DNA from: Acidimicrobiia bacterium
GTDB lineage: Bacteria; Actinomycetota; Acidimicrobiia; Acidimicrobiales; JANYDT01
Direction: 5' to 3'
NCBI GenBank assembly: GCA_031429095.1
Contig: JANOYY010000091.1
Coordinates: forward strand, 9,370-73,369
DNA length: 64,000 bases
This document shows positions 26,861 through 35,741 of this stretch, piece by piece. A program made the position numbers and the translations under genes. Below the pieces are notes generated by a model that saw nothing but the letters and a program-made list of their open reading frames with translations, did no database searches and was not told the DNA's origin. Position 1 is the first letter of the stretch. Each line of letters starts with the position of its first letter.

Positions 26861-28053
26861 AGATCGACAACGTGAAAACGTTTGTGGTCGCAAACCCGCC
26901 GCCGCGTTTGGGCGGTCGGTATTTCATCTTCGTCAAGCTGACGACCGATTCCGGTGTATCGGGGATTGGCGAGGTCTACACGGCTACGTTCTCTCCGCAC
27001 CTCGTCGCCCAAATGATCGAAGACGTGGCGGACCGGCACGTTGTCGGACAGGACCCGTTCCATGTTGAGGCGATGTGGCGAAAGATGTACGGCCGTGGCT
27101 TCTCGCTCCGTCCGGACCTGACGCTTGGCGGCATCATGAGCGGCCTGGAAATGGCGTGCTGGGATATCGCGGGAAAGGAATTGAACAAGCCTGTCTATGA
27201 GCTTCTCGGTGGCCTCGTGCACGAGAAATTACGTACGTACACGTACTTGTACCCCACCGACGACTCCGACGTCCATAGTGATCACCCGGTGTATTCCGAC
27301 CCGCAAGCCGCAGCTGAAGCTGCCGCTTTTGAAGTCGATCGCGGATTTACCGCGATCAAGTTTGACCCGGCGGGTCCCTACGGGGTTTTCGGCGGCCGCC
27401 AGCCGACGCTGGAGGACCTGGATCGGTCGGAACGAATGGTGCGGGCTGTTCGGGAAGTCGTTGGTACGCGCGCAGATATTCTCTTCGGAACGCATGGGCA
27501 GTTCACGTCGTCGGGGGCGATCCGAATGGCGAAGAGACTGGAGCAGTACGATCCGCTCTGGTTCGAAGAACCCACACCTCCCGATGTGCCGAATGAAATG
27601 GCAAAGGTGGCGAGGGGTACTTCGATTCCTATCGCAACGGGGGAGAGACTCACGTCCAAATACGAGTTCCACCGCGTCCTGGAGGCCGGTGCCGCATCGA
27701 TCATCCAGCTCAACCTCGGTCGGTGCGGAGGATTGCTCGAAGGGAAGAAGATAGCGTCTCTGGCCGAGGCGTACGGGGCACAGATCGCTCCGCATCTTTA
27801 CTGCGGCCCGATTGTGGGAGCTGCAAACGTGCAGCTGAGCGCGTGCTCGCCCAACTTCTTGATCCTCGAGTCGATCCGTGATTGGGGCGGCTTCCACGCA
27901 AAGCTACTGAAGAACCCGGTCCAGTGGGAGAACGGCTACGTCATTACGCCGACCGATCCGGGGCTCGGAGTCGAACTAGATGAGGCAGTTGCGCTTGCCC
28001 ATCCCTACACCGGTGCGGAGCTCCACCTCGAAATGACCGAACGGCCGCTCTAG
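26857..28053 (+). CDS. Enolase-superfamily enzyme (mandelate racemase / acid-sugar dehydratase-like)
   Basis: 398 aa. GTG start overlaps the upstream stop (GTGA). MKIDNVKTFVV...FVKLTTDSGVSGIGEVY and EMACWDIAGK...PVYELLGG are typical of galactonate/mannonate-dehydratase-like members. Confidence 0.85.
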   Translation: MKIDNVKTFVVANPPPRLGGRYFIFVKLTTDSGVSGIGEVYTATFSPHLVAQMIEDVADRHVVGQDPFHVEAMWRKMYGRGFSLRPDLTLGGIMSGLEMACWDIAGKELNKPVYELLGGLVHEKLRTYTYLYPTDDSDVHSDHPVYSDPQAAAEAAAFEVDRGFTAIKFDPAGPYGVFGGRQPTLEDLDRSERMVRAVREVVGTRADILFGTHGQFTSSGAIRMAKRLEQYDPLWFEEPTPPDVPNEMAKVARGTSIPIATGERLTSKYEFHRVLEAGAASIIQLNLGRCGGLLEGKKIASLAEAYGAQIAPHLYCGPIVGAANVQLSACSPNFLILESIRDWGGFHAKLLKNPVQWENGYVITPTDPGLGVELDEAVALAHPYTGAELHLEMTERPL

Positions 28054-28056
28054 CGC

Positions 28057-29748
28057 CTAGCGCCACCACACGCAGCTGTCAGCGGGGACGAGCCGCGACC
28101 CGACGTCGAGATCGTTCGACGAGAGGATCGGATATCTATCCCCAACAACGGAATCCGTAAGCTCACATGGCGTCGACGTCGGATTGAGTATGACGAGCGT
28201 GTCGCCGCGGACGAAGGCGACGATCTCGTCGGGGGAGTTGTTGACCCACGCAAGCGGCCCGTCGACGCTTCGTCGGGCTCGTAGTGCACGACGGTATAGA
28301 TGCAGCATCGACGCCGGGTTCCTCTCCTGCGCTTCAACGCTCAGCGGGGCCCAGTTTTTCGGCTGGGGTAGCCACGTCTCCACATTGGGAGACGTGAACC
28401 CGAAGCCGGTCGTGGGATCAGCCGTCCACGGCATTGGCACCCTGCATCCATCGCGACCGATCTGCCGGCCTTCGGTACGAGCAAATATCGGATCCTGGCG
28501 AACGTTGTCGGGGAGGTCCAGCACTTCTTCGAGGCCCAGCTCCTCACCCTGATAGATGTAGAGGGTTCCGGGTAGCGCAGCGGCGAAGAGAACGAGTGCC
28601 CGGGCGCGCACGAGCCCAACACTTAGGTCGACCGGAGCGTCTACGTAGACCAGGTTGTTTCCGGTGTAGCTGGAAAGTTCGGTGGCATTCGCCCGGCCGA
28701 GTCGCGTGACGACTCGTTGGGTGTCGTGATTGTTGATGGTCCACGCGGGCGGGACCTGCAATGTGTCCATGGTTGCCACGGTGTCACGAACGACCTCTTC
28801 GATGCTGTCGCTTCGCCAGGGCGCAAGCATCAATTCAAACGCGAATGATTGATGGAACTCGCCCGTGACATACATGGCGAGTTGTTCCGGTCTGCCTGGC
28901 GTGTATGCCTCGCTGACCGTGACCAACTCTCTCCCGGGATGCGTCTCTTGGTACTCGTCGATCACCGATCGCCAGTGTTTCCAATAGTCATGCCCAGTCG
29001 GCCAAAAGACGGTGTATGGATTGTATGACCACACATCGTTTTCGGCGACGTCGCGCGAGACCGGAGGTGCGTCGGGCAGGCCCGGGGCCTTGGCTGCTAC
29101 AGCAACGGCATCGACTCGAAATCCGTCAACGCCGCGATCAAACCAGAAGCGAAGGGCTCGATCGAAGTGATCGACGACCTCTGCGTTCGACCAATTGAAG
29201 TCCGGCTGCTGCGGAGCGAATGTGTGGAGGTACCACTGGCCAGGAGTCGCGTTGTCATCGATGAGGCGGGTCCATGTCGGACCACCGAACACGGATCGCC
29301 AATTGTTCGGAGGTGTGTCACCGTTCGGGCCAAGCCCGTCGCGAAAATAGAAACGGTCGCGTTCGGGACTCCCGGGCTCCGCGGCGATTGCCGAGCGAAA
29401 CCACTTGTGCTCACTGCTGCAGTGGTTGGGCACAATGTCCATCAAAATCCGAATCCCCCGTGACTCGGCTTGGGCCAACACTTCGTCGAAAACCGACAGG
29501 TCGCCGTAGTCAGGGTTTATATCGAAGTAGTCGGCGACGTCATAGCCATGGTCGATCTGGGGCGACGGATAACAGGGGGACAACCAGATCGCGTCAACTC
29601 CCAGATCCGCCAAATAGTCGAGCCGCTCGCGAACCCCCCACAAGTCGCCCCAGCCATCTGCGTTTGCATCAGCGAATGATGGAACATAGAGCTGGTACAC
29701 CACAGCGTCGTGCCACCAAGGTGGACTCGACGATTCTGGTTTCGACAT
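28057..29748 (-). CDS. GH13 alpha-glucosidase (oligo-1,6-glucosidase / trehalose-6-P-hydrolase-like)
   Basis: 563 aa. GH13 regions DAIWLSPCYPSP..DHGYDV, GVDGFRVDAV, VSEAY and NHDTQR. Confidence 0.9.
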   Translation of the reverse strand: MSKPESSSPPWWHDAVVYQLYVPSFADANADGWGDLWGVRERLDYLADLGVDAIWLSPCYPSPQIDHGYDVADYFDINPDYGDLSVFDEVLAQAESRGIRILMDIVPNHCSSEHKWFRSAIAAEPGSPERDRFYFRDGLGPNGDTPPNNWRSVFGGPTWTRLIDDNATPGQWYLHTFAPQQPDFNWSNAEVVDHFDRALRFWFDRGVDGFRVDAVAVAAKAPGLPDAPPVSRDVAENDVWSYNPYTVFWPTGHDYWKHWRSVIDEYQETHPGRELVTVSEAYTPGRPEQLAMYVTGEFHQSFAFELMLAPWRSDSIEEVVRDTVATMDTLQVPPAWTINNHDTQRVVTRLGRANATELSSYTGNNLVYVDAPVDLSVGLVRARALVLFAAALPGTLYIYQGEELGLEEVLDLPDNVRQDPIFARTEGRQIGRDGCRVPMPWTADPTTGFGFTSPNVETWLPQPKNWAPLSVEAQERNPASMLHLYRRALRARRSVDGPLAWVNNSPDEIVAFVRGDTLVILNPTSTPCELTDSVVGDRYPILSSNDLDVGSRLVPADSCVWWR

Positions 29749-29782
29749 GTGCGTCCCCTTGCGCTCCCCCAGGGTCTCTAAC

Positions 29783-29802
29783 GGAAAGCGCTTTCCAAAT
29801 TA
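29783..29802 (-). promoter_or_regulatory. LacI-type operator GGAAAGCGCTTTCC abutting a -10-like TAATTT
   Basis: Perfect 14-bp palindrome with central CG at 29783-29796, 35 nt upstream of the glucosidase ATG. On the minus strand it is immediately preceded by TAATTT (29797-29802). Confidence 0.55.
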
Positions 29803-29849
29803 CAACATGCGACATCCGCGGAGCCCGGACCGCCTGAAGGCGCCCTTGC

Positions 29850-31115
29850 TCAGCAAACGGTCGCCGCGCCTGCCGTGGCGTTGGTTCGATCGTCGATGAG
29901 AAGGAACCGGCCCGTGACACGATTCTGGGTGTACGGGTCCACAACGATCGGTTCATCAAAAGTGATACGGATCCGCCCCAGGTCGTTGATGGAAAGTTCC
30001 GACGCCGCCTCGGCAACGAGGGTCTCGGGATTCAACCGGTGGAGAATCGACTCTACGTGCGCCGGCACAATTCGGGCAAGGTGCTTGACGAGATATCGGT
30101 CGCCGACCGTCAGAGGGCGATCGATCATCCACGACAGGTCGGCATCCATGGTCGTCGTGACCACCGGGCGAACAGATGCGTTGCCCACGACGAGAACATC
30201 GCCCCGGCCGACGTCGATGTGATCGGTGAGCGTCACTGCGATCGAATCTCCCGGCATTGCGTACTCCACTTCTCGGCCGGCCCGCGTCAGGCTGGCGATT
30301 GTGCTGCGGGTCTGCGCGGGAAGAACGATGATCTCGTCGCCGACTTTGAACGGACCCCCGGTGAGCTGTCCGGCATAACCGCGATAGTCGCTACCGGATC
30401 GCAGGACCCACTGCACGGGAAGTCGAGCGCCGACGGGGAGATCTTCGTGATCTTCGATGTCTTCGAGCAACGCGAGCAGCGGTGGGCCGACGTACCAAGA
30501 TGCGTGGATGGAACAATCAACAATGTTGTCGCCGTTCAAGGCGGAGACGGGCAACGCGCAAAACTCTGTACGCCCACCGAGCTCTTCGAGTAGCGATTCG
30601 ACATCTCTGACGATTCGATCGAAGGTCGCCTGATCCCAATCGACCAGGTCCATTTTGTTCACGGCGAGGATGAGTTGGCGAACACCGAGCAGGCTTGAAA
30701 CGCCGAGGTGACGACGCGTTTGCTCCACGACTCCGTGTCGTGCATCGACCAGCACAATGGCAACGTCGGCAATCGAAGCGCCGGTCACCATGTTGCGGGT
30801 GTACTGGACATGGCCGGGGGTATCGGCCAACACGAAGCTCCGTTTGGGCGTCGCAAAGTATCGATAGGCAACGTCGATAGTGATGCCCTGTTCGCGTTCG
30901 GCTCGCAACCCATCGGTGAGCAGGGCGAGGTTGAGCTCCTGGTCGCCGTAGCGTCGGCTTGCTTTGGCGACGGCATCGAGTTGATCCTCAAAGATGGTCT
31001 TGCTGTCGTGGAGCAGTCGGCCGATCAGCGTAGATTTGCCATCGTCCACCGATCCAGCGGTGGCAATGCGAAGCTGTGGACGCGTCAGCGTGTCGAAATT
31101 TTGTGGGGTGCGCAT
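29850..31115 (-). CDS. cysN: Sulfate adenylyltransferase subunit 1 (GTPase), without a fused APS-kinase domain
   Basis: Inside ORF 29850..31268, start at ATG 31115. G1 GSVDDGKST, G3 DTPGH, G4 NKMD. About 421 aa, so there is no CysC fusion. TAATG overlap with cysD. Confidence 0.9.
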   Translation of the reverse strand: MRTPQNFDTLTRPQLRIATAGSVDDGKSTLIGRLLHDSKTIFEDQLDAVAKASRRYGDQELNLALLTDGLRAEREQGITIDVAYRYFATPKRSFVLADTPGHVQYTRNMVTGASIADVAIVLVDARHGVVEQTRRHLGVSSLLGVRQLILAVNKMDLVDWDQATFDRIVRDVESLLEELGGRTEFCALPVSALNGDNIVDCSIHASWYVGPPLLALLEDIEDHEDLPVGARLPVQWVLRSGSDYRGYAGQLTGGPFKVGDEIIVLPAQTRSTIASLTRAGREVEYAMPGDSIAVTLTDHIDVGRGDVLVVGNASVRPVVTTTMDADLSWMIDRPLTVGDRYLVKHLARIVPAHVESILHRLNPETLVAEAASELSINDLGRIRITFDEPIVVDPYTQNRVTGRFLLIDDRTNATAGAATVC

Positions 31116-32044
31116 TAGAAATAGCCTTCTCGTTTTCGGTCTTCCATGGCGGCGTCGGAAACGTTGTCGTCTGCTCGCGTGGCACCACGTTCGGTGATCC
31201 GTGCGGCGGCCGTCTCGGCGATAACTTCTGCAACAGTGCAGGCGTCGGATCGGACGGCCCCGGTGCAACTCTGATCTCCAACGGTGCGGTATCGAACGGT
31301 TTCGGTCCGAGCCGACTCGTGTGAGCCAACGACGACCGGTCCGCCGACAGCGAGCAGCATCTTCGAGCGTTCGACGACCTCTCGCTGGTGCGAGAAGTAG
31401 ATGCTGGGAAGGGGGATGTCTTCGCGCTCGATGTAGAACCAGATGTCGAGCTCAGTCCAATTGCTGAGCGGGAAGGCGCGAAGGTGTTCGCCAGTTTGTA
31501 TGCGCGCATTCAACAGGTTCCACGGTTCAGGTCGTTGCTGGCGCGGATCCCACCGTCCGCTGGTGTCGCGAAAAGACAGGATCCGCTCTTTGGCCCGTGC
31601 TTTATCTTCGTCTCGTCGGCCGCCTCCGAACGCCGCATCGAAGCCATGCTCGGCAATTGCGTCGAGAAGCGTTACGGACTGGAGCCGGTTCCGTGATCCG
31701 GTGGGACCGGGATCGGCGACGCGGCCTTTGGCGATTGATTCCTCGACGCTTGCGACGACGAGGTCGAGGCGACCCTCGGTGACGACCTCGTCGCGGTAAA
31801 CGATGACCTCATCGAAGTTGTGGCCCGTGTCCACGTGCATGACCGGAAAAGGAAGCCGTGCGGGGAGAAAGGCCTTCCGGGCAAGGTGCAACAGCACCGC
31901 CGAATCCTTGCCGCCGGAGAATAGGAGAACCGGTGCTCGCGTTTCTGCGGTCACCTCCCGGATGATTGAGATGGCTTCGCTCTCGAGTTGGTCGAGCAAC
32001 GAACGGCGGGTTGTGGACACGGGTGTCAGCGTGTCCACACTCAT
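31115..32044 (-). CDS. cysD: Sulfate adenylyltransferase subunit 2
   Basis: Inside ORF 31115..32083, start at ATG 32044. PP-loop LLFSGGKDS. ATGA overlap with cysH. Confidence 0.9.
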   Translation of the reverse strand: MSVDTLTPVSTTRRSLLDQLESEAISIIREVTAETRAPVLLFSGGKDSAVLLHLARKAFLPARLPFPVMHVDTGHNFDEVIVYRDEVVTEGRLDLVVASVEESIAKGRVADPGPTGSRNRLQSVTLLDAIAEHGFDAAFGGGRRDEDKARAKERILSFRDTSGRWDPRQQRPEPWNLLNARIQTGEHLRAFPLSNWTELDIWFYIEREDIPLPSIYFSHQREVVERSKMLLAVGGPVVVGSHESARTETVRYRTVGDQSCTGAVRSDACTVAEVIAETAAARITERGATRADDNVSDAAMEDRKREGYF

Positions 32045-32745
32045 ACGTGCAACCCACATTCTGTCTTTGCCTGACCGGACCATCGACCAGCGCGCTTATC
32101 TTCACCGGGTGCAACCGGTCGGGTGCAGGGCCAACATCCAATGGATGGGTAGCCTCGCTCGCTGAGCGGGTTCACGGGAAGTTCGTTGAGGGACGCGTAG
32201 AGCGCCATGTCGTCGTCGGTGAAGGTGGCGAGGGGGTTTATCTTCACCACGCTGCGGAGCGGGTCGTAGCTCACGATCGGTGTGTTCGCCCGTGAAGGCC
32301 CGTCGACTCTACGAATGCCGGTGATCCATGCGCTTTTGCCTTCCAGGGAACGGCGCAGGGGTTCGACTTTACGAATTGCACAGCACCCTTCGGTATCGCT
32401 TTGCCAAAGATTGTCCGGGACGACATGCGGAAGCGGCGACTCGATACGAAGGTTGAGATCAAATCGAGACTTCAACTCGTTTGCGAACCACCAGGTTTCG
32501 GCAAACAGGTATTGGGTGTCGAGAAGGACGATCTCAGTGGTGGGGGAGGCCACCGAGACGGCGTGAACGAGAACGGCATCCTCGAAGCTCGACGTGAACA
32601 CCAATCCGTCGCCGAAGCGTTCAGCCGCCCATCGAATGATCTCGACAGGTTCGGAATTCTCGAATTGCCGGCTAGTTGCGGCGAGTTGCTCGAGTTCGGA
32701 TGCCGATGGTTCGATGAACCGGCGGGTTGTGGTGTCGATAGTCAT
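32041..32745 (-). CDS. cysH: Assimilatory APS/PAPS reductase, Fe-S (APS-reductase) type
   Basis: Inside ORF 32041..32895, start at ATG 32745. Cys pair EGCCAIRKV plus SIGCWPCT (the CC...CxxC cluster ligands of APS-type enzymes). C-terminal ECGLH motif. Confidence 0.85.
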   Translation of the reverse strand: MTIDTTTRRFIEPSASELEQLAATSRQFENSEPVEIIRWAAERFGDGLVFTSSFEDAVLVHAVSVASPTTEIVLLDTQYLFAETWWFANELKSRFDLNLRIESPLPHVVPDNLWQSDTEGCCAIRKVEPLRRSLEGKSAWITGIRRVDGPSRANTPIVSYDPLRSVVKINPLATFTDDDMALYASLNELPVNPLSERGYPSIGCWPCTRPVAPGEDKRAGRWSGQAKTECGLHV

Positions 32746-32770
32746 ACGTGTCCTTATCGAATTGGAAGGG

Positions 32771-33571
32771 TCAGAGAAGGCGAAGCAGTTTGAGGCCGCT
32801 TGTTGCGAGTACGACGGCGAGAATCGGTCGAAGTGCGCGATCAGGCATGCGATGCGCGAGTTGCCCTCCGAGCCAGGCCCCCGGAATGGCGCCAACTAAC
32901 AAAGGGGCCACCAGAGCTATGCGAATCTCGCCGAAGAACATGTGGGCGAGCACCGCCGAGGCAACGAGCGGAATTGCTTGCGCGAGATCGGTTCCGATGA
33001 GTGTCTTCGCGGCCAATGTTGGGTAGGCCCAGGTAAGGAGAACCATCATCAGCGAACCCGAGCCCACGGATGTGGCTCCAACGATGAAGCCACCCGCGAC
33101 CCCGATGAGGAGTGTCGCTGCACGCCGAAGTTTTGGTTGATCCTCAACAGCAAACGTTTTGCGAAGAGCCCTCACAAGAAAGACGGAGGCGGCGATTAGG
33201 AGCGCAATACCGATCGCTCGTTCGGTGAACGCTTCACTGTGTTTTCTTGCAACGAGGTTCACCGCGGCGGCGCCCACGAACGCGGCGGGAACCGATCCGA
33301 GCGCCAGCCATTTGACGAGGTCTCGACGAATGCTCCCGTGTTGGTGGTGCGCCGCCGCTCCGGCCGGCTTCATCAAGAGCGATACGACAAGGTCACTGGA
33401 GACCGCGGCGCGCGCCGGCACACCAAAACCGATGACGAGCAGCGGCGTGAGGAGGGCACCACCACCCATTCCGGTAAGGCCCACGACAAGCCCTACGACA
33501 AGACCGCCGAAACTCAGAACCGGCGCGCTCGCTGCGAAAAGGAGGTTTGTCGGCATCACGCCGCCCACCAT
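32771..33571 (-). CDS. TauE/SafE (DUF81) family anion permease, first gene of the cys operon
   Basis: 266 aa, polytopic. Motif LTGMGGGALLTPLL. ATG 33556 is an alternative start. Confidence 0.8.
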   Translation of the reverse strand: MVGGVMPTNLLFAASAPVLSFGGLVVGLVVGLTGMGGGALLTPLLVIGFGVPARAAVSSDLVVSLLMKPAGAAAHHQHGSIRRDLVKWLALGSVPAAFVGAAAVNLVARKHSEAFTERAIGIALLIAASVFLVRALRKTFAVEDQPKLRRAATLLIGVAGGFIVGATSVGSGSLMMVLLTWAYPTLAAKTLIGTDLAQAIPLVASAVLAHMFFGEIRIALVAPLLVGAIPGAWLGGQLAHRMPDRALRPILAVVLATSGLKLLRLL

Positions 33572-33621
33572 AGCGCAAAACCCGACTAATCCGATCGGCT
33601 TTATCGATTATTCGGTCGGCG

Positions 33622-34521
33622 TCAGCCCTTGTTCGCGCCTAACGTAAGTCCACCTATGAACTGCTTCTGGAGCAGGAAGTAGATGGTGATCGTCGGTATA
33701 GCGATAATGACTGATGCAGCCGCAACGAGGCTGTCCTGAGTTGAAAACGCACCACTTAGCTGTGCAATTGACGAGGTGATCGGCTTCTCCGCGCCTTGTT
33801 GAAGCATCACGCTTCCCCAGAAGAAGTCGTTGTACAACCAGGTGAATTCCAAGGTGGCAAGCGCAGCGAGGGCCGGACGACAAAGTGGGAGAACAATGCT
33901 CCAAAACTGCTTGTTGACACTCGCTCCATCGACAAAGGCAGCCTCGTTGAGTTCCTTCGGAAGGGTCTTCATGTAGTTGCTCATCACGAACGTACAAAAT
34001 CCGGTCTGGAACGCAACGTGGATCAAGATCACACCGATCTTGGTCCCGAGCAGGTTCCCGGTGTCGGTGTCGCTGAAAAAATCGGGCCACGGGATGCGCT
34101 TGAAAATTTGGAACACCGGCTGGAATATGACCTGCTGCGGCATGAGGTTGCCGGCCGTGAAGATGACCAGGAACGCAACATTGAATCGGCCGCTGAAACG
34201 CGTGCAAGCGAAACCGACAAGGCTCGAAAACAGAAGAATCAGGACGAGTGCCGGGATCAGGATGAAGAAGGTGTTGAAAAACTTCCGACCCATCTCACCT
34301 TGTTCAAAGGCGCTTTTGAAGTTGTCGAACGTCAGTGCACGGGGAATTGAAATGACCCCATTGTTACGGAGTTCCTGCTCGTTGCGAAAGGCCGAGAGGA
34401 CTGCTCCGACGAGAGGGACAAGCCACACCACAGACATCACGATGAGGAACGCCTGAAGGACGGCCCGAGGGGCTCGCAAGCGGTTCTTCTGTCCGTATGC
34501 GCCCGAACCTGAAGAGCTCAT
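33622..34521 (-). CDS. ABC carbohydrate transporter permease (MalG-like)
   Basis: 299 aa, six hydrophobic segments, EAA-like loop (LPKELNEAAFVDGAS). ATGA overlap with the upstream permease gene. Confidence 0.85.
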   Translation of the reverse strand: MSSSGSGAYGQKNRLRAPRAVLQAFLIVMSVVWLVPLVGAVLSAFRNEQELRNNGVISIPRALTFDNFKSAFEQGEMGRKFFNTFFILIPALVLILLFSSLVGFACTRFSGRFNVAFLVIFTAGNLMPQQVIFQPVFQIFKRIPWPDFFSDTDTGNLLGTKIGVILIHVAFQTGFCTFVMSNYMKTLPKELNEAAFVDGASVNKQFWSIVLPLCRPALAALATLEFTWLYNDFFWGSVMLQQGAEKPITSSIAQLSGAFSTQDSLVAAASVIIAIPTITIYFLLQKQFIGGLTLGANKG

Positions 34522-35645
34522 CCGTTTTCCTCGCTGAAGTTGTTGATCACGTACTTGATGATGAATCCGATACAGAGGAAGAACAGAACCATGCCATAGG
34601 CGGATCCAATGCCAACCCGACCACCGCCTTCACCGGTAAGACTGCCGGTCACCAGCGTGCCCATCACCTCGGTGCCACGTTGGGTTCCGAGGGCAGCAAT
34701 CATGTCGTATGCGCGCAGAGCTTCGATGATGGTAATTACCGCAACGACTGCGTTGATCGGGCGCAAGGTGGGAAACACGACGTGTTGGAACGACCTGATT
34801 TCGTTTGCACCGTCGATACCGGCTGCTTCCCGGAGGGAAGGATCAACGCCTTTGAGACCCGCCAGGTACAGCACCATGATGTAGCCGATATGACGCCAGG
34901 CCATCGCGATCAAAATAGCGAAGAAGTTCTTGCTCAGCCCGAGGCGGTCGTCGTAAAAGTCGGGCAGCGCCATGGCGGCAAGAACGCCGCCGAGAATGCC
35001 AACCCCCATGCCGATCAGAACCCCGCGTGCTCCCATCGCGCGGCCCGCAATCGTCCCGACCGCGATCGCCAAGACGACACCGACGAGAAATCCGAGGATC
35101 GCGCTATCGCGCATCGAGAAGACGTAGTCACCGTTTCCGAGAAAGTCGATGCCCTTTCCCGGAACAATTTTGTTCAGCAGGCCGCGGTCGGTTTGGAACA
35201 TGACCGCTTTCCAGATAAAGCCAACAACAGCGATCGACAGCACGACAGGCATGTAGAAGACGCTCTGATAGAAGCGCCCGCCCTTGACCTCTTTGTCGAG
35301 GAGGTAGGCGAAGAGCATCCCGATCATCGAACAAAACGCAAGCCACACGATCAGGATGAGGTTGTTGAAGAGGGCAGGGAAGAGCTTCGTGTCGAAGATC
35401 GTGAAGATCTGCCAGAAGTTCCGAAAACCCACGCCGTTGGCATCGCCGACGGGACGGAGATTGTCCCATTCCATGAACGACAGAATCGCCGTGATGAATG
35501 CCGGTATCCAAACCAGAATCAGGTGGACCGCCAACGGTATGCCGATGGCGAACTTCAGCCACAACCGATCCCCGAGGGTAAGCAGTTGCAGACGAGAGCG
35601 ACTCCCCGTTGCGGGCAACGCTGGCTTGGTGGTTCGATCAGTCAT
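34518..35645 (-). CDS. ABC carbohydrate transporter permease (MalF-like)
   Basis: 375 aa. EAA-like loop (DPSLREAAGIDGAN). No ATPase gene follows, as in actinobacterial operons served by a shared MsiK-type ATPase. Confidence 0.85.
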   Translation of the reverse strand: MTDRTTKPALPATGSRSRLQLLTLGDRLWLKFAIGIPLAVHLILVWIPAFITAILSFMEWDNLRPVGDANGVGFRNFWQIFTIFDTKLFPALFNNLILIVWLAFCSMIGMLFAYLLDKEVKGGRFYQSVFYMPVVLSIAVVGFIWKAVMFQTDRGLLNKIVPGKGIDFLGNGDYVFSMRDSAILGFLVGVVLAIAVGTIAGRAMGARGVLIGMGVGILGGVLAAMALPDFYDDRLGLSKNFFAILIAMAWRHIGYIMVLYLAGLKGVDPSLREAAGIDGANEIRSFQHVVFPTLRPINAVVAVITIIEALRAYDMIAALGTQRGTEVMGTLVTGSLTGEGGGRVGIGSAYGMVLFFLCIGFIIKYVINNFSEENG

Positions 35646-35695
35646 TTGCGCTCCGACTCGTGGGTGAAACGGCCAATCAACGGTGCTGAACAGCG

Positions 35696-35731
35696 ATCGG
35701 CAGCGTCGCCAAGATTCGCGACGCTGCCGAT
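35696..35731 (-). terminator. Strong intercistronic stem-loop (14-bp perfect stem, 8-nt loop), no U-tract
   Basis: 35696-35709 (ATCGGCAGCGTCGC) is the exact reverse complement of 35718-35731. It starts 10 nt after the SBP stop codon and lies about 50 nt before the permease start. Confidence 0.5.
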
Positions 35732-35741
35732 AGTCCGGCCA

